In this document: positions 46,150-53,759 of the stretch, in pieces | Layout of the letters: each line of letters opens with the position of its first letter | Numbering within the stretch: the stretch's first letter is position 1 | NCBI GenBank assembly: GCA_035697365.1 | Contig: DASSDE010000781.1 | Location: 1 to 53,759 of the forward strand | Direction of reading: 5' to 3' | DNA from: Kribbella sp. | Lineage (GTDB): Bacteria; Actinomycetota; Actinomycetes; Propionibacteriales; Kribbellaceae | DNA length: 53,759 nucleotides | Position numbers and translations under genes: made by a program | The notes under the pieces: model-generated | Told to the model about the DNA's origin: nothing | Databases searched by the model: none | Seen by the model: only the letters and a program-made list of their open reading frames with translations

Positions 46150-46896
46150 ATGAAGCTGTCAAGAACTGCTCGCGCCGACCGAAGGAGCCGGCAGCAGGCG
46201 CTGACGGCGGAGGAACTCGCCGCTGCCTGGCAGTCGGCCTCGCTTCTCCTCGACTATCCCGAGGACGGCCTGGTGGATCAGTTGGCCCTGGTGCAGCGGG
46301 TGGCCAAGGCTCTCCCGGCGTCGGTGGGCCAACCGTTGACAGCCTGCGCAGAGCGGCTGGCCGGGGTGCCACTGCGAGATCTGCAGGAGGAGTACGTCGA
46401 CACCTTCGACAACCGCCGTCGGCACAATCTCTTCCTCACCTACTTCGCCCACGGCGACACCCGCAAGCGCGGCGTCGCACTGCTGCGGTTCAAGCAGACC
46501 TACCTCCAGGCCGGTGTCAAAGTCGACGAATCGACTGCCGGCGGAGCAGAGTTGCCCGACCACCTCTGCGTGGTCCTGGAGTTCGCCGCCACCGTTGACC
46601 AGCAAGCGGGACGCCGGCTCATGCTCGACCACCGAGCCGGGTTGGAGCTGTTGCGGCTGTCGCTGGCCGAAGCGGATTCCCGCTGGGCGGGGGCAGTCGA
46701 AGCGGTCACCGCCACCCTGCCTGCGCTGCATGGCGACGACATGGACGCTGTACGTCGCCTCGCCTCCGAGGGACCACCAGAGGAGGAAGTCGGCCTCACC
46801 CCGTACGCAACCCCGATGTTCGACCCCGGACCGGCCAGGCCGGACCCGTCTGCTCCCGTCGCACTTCCGATGCCATCGTTCCCAGGAGCCCGCTGA
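46150..46896 (+). CDS. narJ: Nitrate reductase molybdenum cofactor assembly chaperone
   Basis: LLLDYP, YVDTFD, HGDTRKRG, ELPDHL. Confidence 0.94.
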   Translation: MKLSRTARADRRSRQQALTAEELAAAWQSASLLLDYPEDGLVDQLALVQRVAKALPASVGQPLTACAERLAGVPLRDLQEEYVDTFDNRRRHNLFLTYFAHGDTRKRGVALLRFKQTYLQAGVKVDESTAGGAELPDHLCVVLEFAATVDQQAGRRLMLDHRAGLELLRLSLAEADSRWAGAVEAVTATLPALHGDDMDAVRRLASEGPPEEEVGLTPYATPMFDPGPARPDPSAPVALPMPSFPGAR

Positions 46897-46898
46897 AC

Positions 46899-47627
46899 AT
46901 GGACATCTTCCTCTGGGTCATCGTCCCGTACCTGTGTCTCGCCACGTTTGCGGTCGGGCACTTCTGGCGGTACCGCTACGACAAGTTCGGCTGGACCACT
47001 CGGTCGTCGCAGCTCTACGAGGACCGGCTGCTGCGACTCGGGTCCCCACTGTTCCATTTCGGGATCCTCGGCGTCGTCGGCGGGCACATCATCGGTCTGC
47101 TGGTGCCTCAGTCCTGGACCGACGCGATCGGGATCAGCCATGAGGCGTACCACATCGTGGCAGTGGTGGGCGGGCTCCTGGCCGGCGTGATGACGGTCGT
47201 CGGCATGGCCATCCTCATCTACCGGCGGCGTACCGTCGGCCCGGTCTTCTCCGCCACGACAGTGATGGACAAGGTGATGTACGCCTTCCTTGCTGCGGTG
47301 ATCGTGCTGGGAATGTGGAACACCGTCGCGGGATCGATCATGACCATCGGCGGGGAGTACAACTACCGTGAAGGCGTCTCGGTCTGGTACCGCTCGTTCC
47401 TTGCGTTCCAGCCGGACGCGTCCTTGATGGCGAACGCGCCGATCGGCTTCCGGCTGCACGCACTGGTCGCGTTCGGACTCTTCGCGCTGTGGCCGTTCAC
47501 CCGCCTCGTACACGTCTTCAGCGCACCCGTCGGCTACCTAACCCGCCCCTACATCGTCTACCGCAGCCGCGACGACCAACTAGGCACCCACCGCCCCCGC
47601 CGCGGCTGGGACCGAATCTCGCAGTAG
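46899..47627 (+). CDS. narI: Respiratory nitrate reductase gamma subunit
   Basis: RYDKFGWTTRSSQ, LFHFGIL..GH, WPFTRLVH. Confidence 0.96.
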   Translation: MDIFLWVIVPYLCLATFAVGHFWRYRYDKFGWTTRSSQLYEDRLLRLGSPLFHFGILGVVGGHIIGLLVPQSWTDAIGISHEAYHIVAVVGGLLAGVMTVVGMAILIYRRRTVGPVFSATTVMDKVMYAFLAAVIVLGMWNTVAGSIMTIGGEYNYREGVSVWYRSFLAFQPDASLMANAPIGFRLHALVAFGLFALWPFTRLVHVFSAPVGYLTRPYIVYRSRDDQLGTHRPRRGWDRISQ

Positions 47628-47673
47628 CCCTGACTGTCGAAGCCAAGAGGCCCGGATCGTCGCGGGACTTTTG

Positions 47674-47687
47674 GGGTCCTTGGGCCT
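47674..47687. promoter_or_regulatory. DosR/OsdR-like box (weaker)
   Basis: GGGTCCTTGGGCCT upstream of the 47798 gene. Confidence 0.4.
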
Positions 47688-47797
47688 GTGGATCAGGGTC
47701 GTTGGGTGTGTAGGCGGGGGAGTGGTGTTCGCGAAGACTTGGAGCGACATCGTTCACCACTCACTGGCCGCGTCGAGCGGCTTGAAAGGAACCGATC

Positions 47798-48381
47798 ATG
47801 CGCCGCAAGACGTTCGATGCGCTGCTCACCTCCGCCGGGTTCGTTCTTGCGATCGTTCTGGTCGCGGCCGGTGGTTTGTTGCTGTGGGCCCACAACTTCG
47901 TCGACAACCAGGTCCACAGTCAGCTCGCTGCACAGCAGATCTTCTTCCCGAAGGCCGGCAGCGAGTCGCTGAACGACCCGGCCGTCAAGCCGTACCTGTC
48001 CCAGTACGCCGGCCAGCAACTGGTGACCGGCGCCCAGGCCGAGGCGTACGCGAACCACTTCATCGCCGTTCACATCAACGAGATGGCCGGTGGCAAGACG
48101 TACTCGCAGCTGTCCCAGGAGTCGCTGGCCAACCCCAACGACGCCAAGCTGGCCGGCCAGGTCCAGACCGTCTTCCGGGGCGAGACGCTGCGCGGCCTGC
48201 TGCTCAACGCCTACGCCTTCGGGAAGATGGGACAGATCGCCCTGTACGCCGCCATCACTGCGTTCGCGGCGGCCGGGATCCTGCTGATCCTGTCGGTGCT
48301 GGGTACGCCCACCTGCGCCGGGTACCCGCCGAGGCCGAGGTGATGCCAAAGCTGACGGGAGCGACCCCCCGCACCGCCTGA
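47798..48381 (+). CDS. Two-TM hypothetical protein with a probable 1-nt deletion near the 3' end (~48301)
   Basis: AAGGA RBS; TM, soluble domain (YANHFIAVH..FRGETLRGLLLNAYAF), TM. A natural-looking tail (YAHLRRVPAEAEV) is in the -1 frame ending 48381; as read, the ORF stops at 48343. Confidence 0.7.
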
Positions 48382-48413
48382 CAACCCGCCACCAGCGGGC
48401 CGAGCGGGCCGCA

Positions 48414-48427
48414 GGGTCGAAGGTCCC
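48414..48427. promoter_or_regulatory. DosR/OsdR-like box
   Basis: GGGTCGAAGGTCCC upstream of the degenerate ABC ATPase gene. Confidence 0.68.
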
Positions 48428-48548
48428 GTCTCGGGGCGCCAGGTAGGCCTGGCGCCCCGAGTCTTCTGTCTGCCGGAGTGGGGGCCGACGACTGTGGTCC
48501 GGATCACATGCAGTGGCAGAGACTCGAAGCAATCGAATGGAGGCTGTC

Positions 48549-49541
48549 ATGACCACGGTGGAGCGGTTCGACGAGGCAGTGCGGTTGACGGGGGCGTCGG
48601 CGTACGGCGTGCGGTTCGCGGACCTGGTCGTGCGGTACGGCGAGGTTGTCGTGCTGACCGGTCCGAACGGATCCGGCAAGAGCACGATCAGCCGGGTGGT
48701 CGTCGGTGAGCTGACCTCCGCAGGATCGGTGCAGGTGCTGGGCGCGGATCCGGTCGCGGCCGACCTGAAGGGGCGGATCGGGTATCTGGTCAAAGACCTC
48801 GAGACGATGGGCTCGCTGACTTCGCGGGACGTGCTGGACATCTGCGCCGCGGTGCGTGGCTGTGCTACGAGATACGCGCACCAGTTGGCGGATCGGCTGG
48901 GTCTGGACCTGGATCGCCCGATGGCCACGCTGTGCCGCGGCCAGCTGCGCCGGCTGGGCATCGTCCAGGCGCTCATGCACGAACCGGAGTTGGTGGTCCT
49001 GGACGACCCGATGACCGAGCTGGACGACGAGGCACGCAGCATCGTGCCCGCCCTGCTCCATGAAGCAGCCCAGCGAGGTGCTGCAGTACTGGTGACCGCA
49101 CAGTCGGAGTCCGACGCCGAGCAATGTGCGGACCGGATCGTGCCGTTGAGGAGGAACGATGTCGTCGACAGCGAGAACAACGAAGCGACCGCGGCCGAAC
49201 CCGACCCGGAACCAGATCTGGCGACAGCTCGACCGAGCATCGTTCGCGGTGCTGAGCTACGTCACCCCCAACGGCCAACCGCGGTCGAGTGGGGTTGTCT
49301 ATACCGCCGGCCAGGGCAGGCTGTACGTCGCGGTCGCGCCGACGAGTTGGAAGGCCCTGCACATCCCGGCGACCGGTCAGGTCGCGATCACGGTGCCGAT
49401 CCGGCGGGGCGGGCTGCTGTCACTGCTGTTCCCGATTCCGCCGGCGACCATCAGCTTCCACGCGCGGGCAGTGGTTCATCCGGTCGGCCCGCCGGGCGCG
49501 GACTCGCTGTCGCCGGCGCTGGCCAGGCTCGTTCCGGCTGA
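48549..49541 (+). CDS. Degenerate orphan ABC ATP-binding domain protein (domain ends ~49150; frame runs on into the next gene)
   Basis: GPNGSGKS intact; signature LCRGQ; Walker B VVLDD lacks the catalytic Glu; H-loop reads TAQ. Confidence 0.7.
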   Translation: MTTVERFDEAVRLTGASAYGVRFADLVVRYGEVVVLTGPNGSGKSTISRVVVGELTSAGSVQVLGADPVAADLKGRIGYLVKDLETMGSLTSRDVLDICAAVRGCATRYAHQLADRLGLDLDRPMATLCRGQLRRLGIVQALMHEPELVVLDDPMTELDDEARSIVPALLHEAAQRGAAVLVTAQSESDAEQCADRIVPLRRNDVVDSENNEATAAEPDPEPDLATARPSIVRGAELRHPQRPTAVEWGCLYRRPGQAVRRGRADELEGPAHPGDRSGRDHGADPAGRAAVTAVPDSAGDHQLPRAGSGSSGRPAGRGLAVAGAGQARSG

Positions 49542-49668
49542 ACGCCTGGCGGACTGCCGGATCCTGGAGATCTTCCCCGAGGACCAGTTCGTCACCTACG
49601 GCATCGGCGTACCGCTCCTGAAGCTCCGCGATCCGGCCGCCGCCCGCGCCCGCATCCCCGTGGCCTAG
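49159..49668 (+). CDS. Pyridoxamine 5'-phosphate oxidase-like split-barrel protein
   Basis: GAGGAGG RBS; FAVLSYVTPNGQPRSSGVVY..LYV..SWKALHI..VAITV. Confidence 0.8.
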   Translation: MSSTARTTKRPRPNPTRNQIWRQLDRASFAVLSYVTPNGQPRSSGVVYTAGQGRLYVAVAPTSWKALHIPATGQVAITVPIRRGGLLSLLFPIPPATISFHARAVVHPVGPPGADSLSPALARLVPAERLADCRILEIFPEDQFVTYGIGVPLLKLRDPAAARARIPVA

Positions 49669-49677
49669 GGGGTACGT

Positions 49678-49979
49678 GGCTCTCCTGCCATATGTATGGG
49701 TGGGCCGAGGCAGGCGGGCGTGGGGTTCCGGGACGAAACTGGCTCACCAACCAACCAACCGAACGGGCCGGGCGACGGACATTTCGACAGGTAGTGCACC
49801 CCGAGACACCGTACGCGCAGCGCACTTTCACGCTCAGGTGCACTATCCACCGGCCAGACACCGACCGACATGTCCTGTCGAACTGGTCCGCCCCGCCGCC
49901 CCCGACCGCACGCAGCCAGCGCAGCCGAAATCACTCCCGCCGGCGCCCCGCCGTCGCCCGCGCATAAGGCAGGAGAGCC
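49678..49979. other. 302-bp nested fold-back element (structured ncRNA or MITE-like repeat)
   Basis: Terminal inverted repeat 16/17 identical plus at least four nested internal stems; no credible CDS. Confidence 0.6.
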
Positions 49980-49984
49980 GGTCA

Positions 49985-50044
49985 TCCACTCCTGCTGTGG
50001 GTTCTCTGCTCGTACACCGGTGGAGAACCCTCAACGGGAGTGGA
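49985..50044. other. Second nested hairpin adjacent to the fold-back element
   Basis: TCCACTCC/GGAGTGGA outer stem enclosing GGGTTCTCTGC/GTGGAGAACCC. Confidence 0.5.
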
Positions 50045-50134
50045 CATCCAGCTGCCGGACGGCCCTGGTTCATGCCCCGCCGGTTTCCGACGGTGGGTTA
50101 GAGAGCGGAATCCCCACGGTGGAAGGACGAGACC

Positions 50135-50419
50135 ATGACCACGAGGATCACGAGCGGGCGCTGGCGCGTCGACGTCTTCGTCGATGAGCACGAAGACGAC
50201 CGAACCACGCATGCCGAGGCCCGCCTGCACACCAACGACAAGACCCACCTGTTCGGCCGCGGCGTTGCGCACCGTAACCCGGACGACAGCGAGATCGCCG
50301 AGATCGGTGACGAGCTGGCCGTTGCGCGGGCGCTGTCGGATCTCGCCCACAAGCTGCTGCACGCCGCCGCATCCGACATTGAAGCGATCACCCACGATCG
50401 CGTCCGCCTGCACGGCTGA
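50135..50419 (+). CDS. DUF1876 / Rv2632c-like dsRBD-fold protein
   Basis: WRVDVFVDEH..THAEARL..GRGVAHRNPDD..EIGDELAVARALSDLAHKLL. Confidence 0.9.
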   Translation: MTTRITSGRWRVDVFVDEHEDDRTTHAEARLHTNDKTHLFGRGVAHRNPDDSEIAEIGDELAVARALSDLAHKLLHAAASDIEAITHDRVRLHG

Positions 50420-50473
50420 GCGCCCTACTCAGCTAAGGAATCAGTGGTCGCAGAACCCCTGGCGACGTGAGCT

Positions 50474-53017
50474 TCACGGTGCCGCCGGGGGAGACGACGG
50501 CCGAGCAGTTGGCCGTCCTGGCAGCCAACGTCGATGTGCCACGATCGCGAGGCCGGGCGCCACCGCGAACGTGAGTGCCACTAGGAACTGCAGGGGTGTC
50601 AGCGGCTGGAGGCCGAGGAGGCTGCGCAGTGGCTCGACGAGAACCGGCAGGGTCTGCAGCGTCAGAGCGCCCGCCACGGCGACATCGAGGAAGCGGAGCC
50701 GGTGGGCGTCGGAGACTCGAGGCCGGCGCAGGGCGAGGGCGACCCCGAGTTGGGACAGGCCGAGGACGAGGTAGGTCATCGTCTGCCACGGCCCGCCGGC
50801 ATGGTGGGCCCACACGGCGGCGCTCAGCGTGACGGCGCCGATCAGGGACCCGGTCGTGGCGATTCGTTGCCAGAGGCCCGCACCGAGGATCTGTTCCTGC
50901 GGTGAGCGTGGCGGGCGTTGCATCGCTTCCGGATCGGCGGGCTCCGCGCCGATCGCGACGCCGGGCAGCCCGTGCGTGAGCATGTTGATCCAGAGGATCT
51001 GGCCGGGAAGCAGCGGTACGGCGAACCCGAGCAGCGGACCGATCAGCATCACCAGGATCTCGGCGAGGCCACCGCTCAGCGCGTACCGCAGGAAGGTGCG
51101 GATGTTGGTGTAGATCCGCCGGCCTTCCTCGATCGCGGCCTCGACCGTGCCGAGATCGTCGTCGGTGAGGACCAGGTCGGCAGCTTGGCGCGCGACCTCG
51201 GTACCCCCACGGCCCATCGCGACGCCGATGTCGGCCCGGCGCAGTGCCGGGGCATCGTTCACGCCGTCACCGGTCATCGCGACGACGTGCCCGTGCTCCT
51301 GCCAGGCGCCCACGATGTCGAGTTTCTGCTCGGGCCGGATGCGCGCGAACACCCGTCCGGTGGTCGGATCGGTCCCGCTGTCGATGTCCGCTCCGGTGAT
51401 CACCTCACCGGCAGGCAGGCCGATCCGCTCCGCGACGGCCAGCGCGGTGCCCGGGGCGTCGCCGGTGATCAGCAGCACGCCGACGCCCGCCTGGTCGAAC
51501 GACGCGACCACCTCGGCGGCGTTGTGCCGTACGGGATCGGTGATCGCGACCAGACCCGCAAGGTGCAGCTCATCCTCGGTCCGGGATGCGCCTGGCGACA
51601 GGACCTTGTCCGCGACAGCCAGGACGCGGAACCCGGCCGCGGAAAGTTCTGCCGCCACCGCTTTTGCTCGCACGATGTCGCCGTACGGCGTGACCCCGGA
51701 GGTGAGCAGAACCTCTGGCGCGCCCTTGCCGATGACCAGCAGATCGTCGCGGCCGGGCTGCTGGTGGAACGTGGTCATCCGCTTGCGGGTGCTGTCGAAG
51801 GGCAGCTCGTACAGGCGGGGACACGCGGTCCCGACCTCGTCGGGATCCACGCCGCCGCGATGGGCCAGAGTGAGCAGAGCAGCCTCGGTCGGGTCGCCGA
51901 TCGGCCGCCAGACGGGGTCGTCCTCGGTGGGCGGCCGGAGCGCAGCATCGTTGCAGAGGGCAACGTCACGGAGCAGCCGCCGTACCGGTGCGGATCCGGC
52001 GTCCGGCCCGAGCGTTCCGGCCGGATCGTAGCCCGCTCCGGCGGCGGCAGCCGTACCGCACTCGGTCCAGAGCCGCTCGGCCTGCATGATGCCCTCGGTG
52101 AGAGTGCCCGTCTTGTCGGTCGCGACGACGGTGACCGCGCCGAGGGTCTCGACCGCGGGAAGCTTGCGGACGACGGCCGCGCGCTGCGCCATCCGGTGCG
52201 CACCGATTGCCAGCGCGAGTGTGACTACTGCGGGCAGTGATTCGGGTACGGCGGCCACGGTCAGACTGACCGCGGTGACAACCATGGACGGCAACGGCAG
52301 ACTGCGGATCAGGCCGGCAACGGCCACGATCGCGGACAGCGCGACGGCGACGATGCTCAGGACCCGGCTGAGTGCAGCCAGCCGGCGCTGCAGCGGGGTG
52401 GCACGCGGGCGCTGGTTCGACAGCAGGACGGCGATCTTGCCGAGTGCGCTCTGCGTTCCGGTCCGGGTGACGACGCCCGCGCCGCGGCCGCGGGTCACCA
52501 CGGTGCCCGCGTACAGCTCTTCGGTCGGTTCCTTCTCGACCGGGACGGATTCGCCGGTGAGCGCCGACTCGTCGGCCTGCACCCGGACCGCGTCGAAGAG
52601 CTGGAGGTCAGCCGGAACGACGTCGCCGGCCTGCAGCAGAACGACGTCGTTCGGCACCACGTCGGCCGAGGCGATGACGGTCGTCCGCTCGCCGCGTCGT
52701 ACCGTCGCGTGCGGCGCGGCCAGCCGGTTCAGCGCGGCCAGCGCGTGCTCGGCACGGATCTCCTGCACCACGCCCACCGTCGTGTTGAGAACGACCACGA
52801 CCAGGATCACGATCAGATCGGTCAGGTCGTGCAGACCGGCCGTCAGAACGGCGGCCGCGATCAGCAGCAGGATCATCGGGTCCCGCAGTTGCGCGAGGAC
52901 GCGTCGCCAGGGCGCCGGCGGTCTGGGCGCCGGAATCGCGTTCGGCCCGTGTTCGACGAGCGCGAGTGCCGCCTGCCGGGTCGACAGACCGCGCGGAGTC
53001 GTGTCCTGGACCGTCAT
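50474..53017 (-). CDS. Cation-transporting P-type ATPase (type II, CtpF-like), intact
   Basis: [49 protein letters not shown]. Confidence 0.95.
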   Translation of the reverse strand: MTVQDTTPRGLSTRQAALALVEHGPNAIPAPRPPAPWRRVLAQLRDPMILLLIAAAVLTAGLHDLTDLIVILVVVVLNTTVGVVQEIRAEHALAALNRLAAPHATVRRGERTTVIASADVVPNDVVLLQAGDVVPADLQLFDAVRVQADESALTGESVPVEKEPTEELYAGTVVTRGRGAGVVTRTGTQSALGKIAVLLSNQRPRATPLQRRLAALSRVLSIVAVALSAIVAVAGLIRSLPLPSMVVTAVSLTVAAVPESLPAVVTLALAIGAHRMAQRAAVVRKLPAVETLGAVTVVATDKTGTLTEGIMQAERLWTECGTAAAAGAGYDPAGTLGPDAGSAPVRRLLRDVALCNDAALRPPTEDDPVWRPIGDPTEAALLTLAHRGGVDPDEVGTACPRLYELPFDSTRKRMTTFHQQPGRDDLLVIGKGAPEVLLTSGVTPYGDIVRAKAVAAELSAAGFRVLAVADKVLSPGASRTEDELHLAGLVAITDPVRHNAAEVVASFDQAGVGVLLITGDAPGTALAVAERIGLPAGEVITGADIDSGTDPTTGRVFARIRPEQKLDIVGAWQEHGHVVAMTGDGVNDAPALRRADIGVAMGRGGTEVARQAADLVLTDDDLGTVEAAIEEGRRIYTNIRTFLRYALSGGLAEILVMLIGPLLGFAVPLLPGQILWINMLTHGLPGVAIGAEPADPEAMQRPPRSPQEQILGAGLWQRIATTGSLIGAVTLSAAVWAHHAGGPWQTMTYLVLGLSQLGVALALRRPRVSDAHRLRFLDVAVAGALTLQTLPVLVEPLRSLLGLQPLTPLQFLVALTFAVAPGLAIVAHRRWLPGRPTARPSSPPAAP

Positions 53018-53394
53018 GGGCGGGGTGTGATGTCGTGTCCCGGGCTGCCGCGGTCGAACAGGTCCAGGGCGAAGACCATCATCAAGCAGAGGACGAATGC
53101 CGCCAGCAACAGCTCGCCGGCGGCTGTCTGCGACAGTGCGATCGCCAGGACGTACAGCACAACCGCCAGCCCGGCCGCTCCGCCCTCGACGCGTCCGAGC
53201 CGTGGTTGGCGTCCGCCACCGCGGATGATCGCGAACGCGAGGACCCCGAACAGCAGGCCGGTCGACGCCATCGCGCGGGAGTTGTCGATCAGCGGCATCC
53301 GGCCGTTCACGAGGTAACCGACGTACGGAACCAGGACGGCGACGACGAGCAGCATCGCCACGATGTCGCGGCCGCGTAGCCTCATCAGGATCAC
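53014..53394 (-). CDS. Hypothetical membrane protein (4 TM)
   Basis: Hydrophobic ORF overlapping both neighbours by 4 nt. Confidence 0.75.
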   Translation of the reverse strand: MILMRLRGRDIVAMLLVVAVLVPYVGYLVNGRMPLIDNSRAMASTGLLFGVLAFAIIRGGGRQPRLGRVEGGAAGLAVVLYVLAIALSQTAAGELLLAAFVLCLMMVFALDLFDRGSPGHDITPRP

Positions 53395-53714
53395 CTACGG
53401 CCGGACGGCTTGGCTCGCGGGATCGAGACCAGGATCCAGACGATGGCGAACAGGACCACCAGGGTCATCCGGAGCCCCTCCGACCAGCCGCTGGTCCAGA
53501 CCGCGGTTGCCAGGACCCAGGGAAAGAACAGCAGCCAGGCGACGATCTCGAGCAGGATCGGCAAGTCCCGGATCCAGCCGGCGACGTCGTCCAGCCGGCC
53601 TGCGTCGAGCAGGACGAAGAACGTCACCCACAAGCCGACCATCCAGACGAACCAACCGCCCGATGCCGCCGAGGCCCGGCGAACCGGGGGGTTCTGGGTC
53701 GATGACTTGGACAT
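53391..53714 (-). CDS. Hypothetical Trp-rich membrane protein (3 TM)
   Basis: AAGGGAG RBS; hydrophobic segments; coupled to the downstream gene. Confidence 0.78.
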   Translation of the reverse strand: MSKSSTQNPPVRRASAASGGWFVWMVGLWVTFFVLLDAGRLDDVAGWIRDLPILLEIVAWLLFFPWVLATAVWTSGWSEGLRMTLVVLFAIVWILVSIPRAKPSGRR

Positions 53715-53759
53715 GGCGACTCCCTTCGGTGAACCGGCGGGACAGCAGCCGTACCGGAC

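Noticed and set aside
50052-50065. CTGCCGGACGGCCC as a DosR-like box for the DUF1876 gene
   Set aside because: Only one half-site matches; too weak in GC-rich DNA without a PWM score.
49692-50101. Short ORFs in the 49.7-50.1 kb gap
   Set aside because: No RBS or recognisable domain, and the sequence is explained by base-pairing symmetry.
1-53759. Island as a mobile element or prophage
   Set aside because: No integrase, transposase, tRNA attachment site, phage or conjugation genes recognised; TadA sits in a pilus context without relaxase or coupling protein.

Overview
High-GC actinobacterial chromosomal DNA (possibly Kribbella/Propionibacteriales; unverified impression) with two adjoining modules. 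(1) 2.0-17.2 kb is a surface-appendage module: a complete monoderm Tad/Flp pilus locus (flp, tadE, tadG-like, cpaB, cpaE, tadA, VWA-fused tadB, tadC, divergent A24 prepilin peptidase) and two tandem orphan NarL-type response regulators. Downstream of tadC lies a four-gene operon of secreted proteins whose shared domains suggest a TasA/camelysin-like fibre built by donor-strand exchange, with separate donor-only and acceptor-only subunits and no SipW peptidase in the window. (2) 17.2-53.7 kb is a hypoxia/dormancy island resembling the mycobacterial DosR and Streptomyces OsdR regulons: Acg nitroreductase, RafH/HPF-like factor, USP, PPDK, GNAT-acyl-CoA ligase, ADH, CBS-BON protein, hemerythrin, narK-narGHJI, Rv2632c-like protein and CtpF-like P-type ATPases. 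About 13 intergenic sites match a 14-bp GGG(A/C/T)C-N4-G(G/T/A)CCC palindrome, two of them inside the pilus module. Other observations: a ~300-nt nested rod-like hairpin element upstream of a dsRBD-fold gene, a His-less kinase fragment, a degenerate ABC ATPase, an unlisted 43-aa membrane ORF, and four disrupted genes (two deletions, two 1-nt indels). No tRNA, rRNA, CRISPR array, transposase or integrase was recognised. All family calls come from motif recognition by eye; no searches were run.
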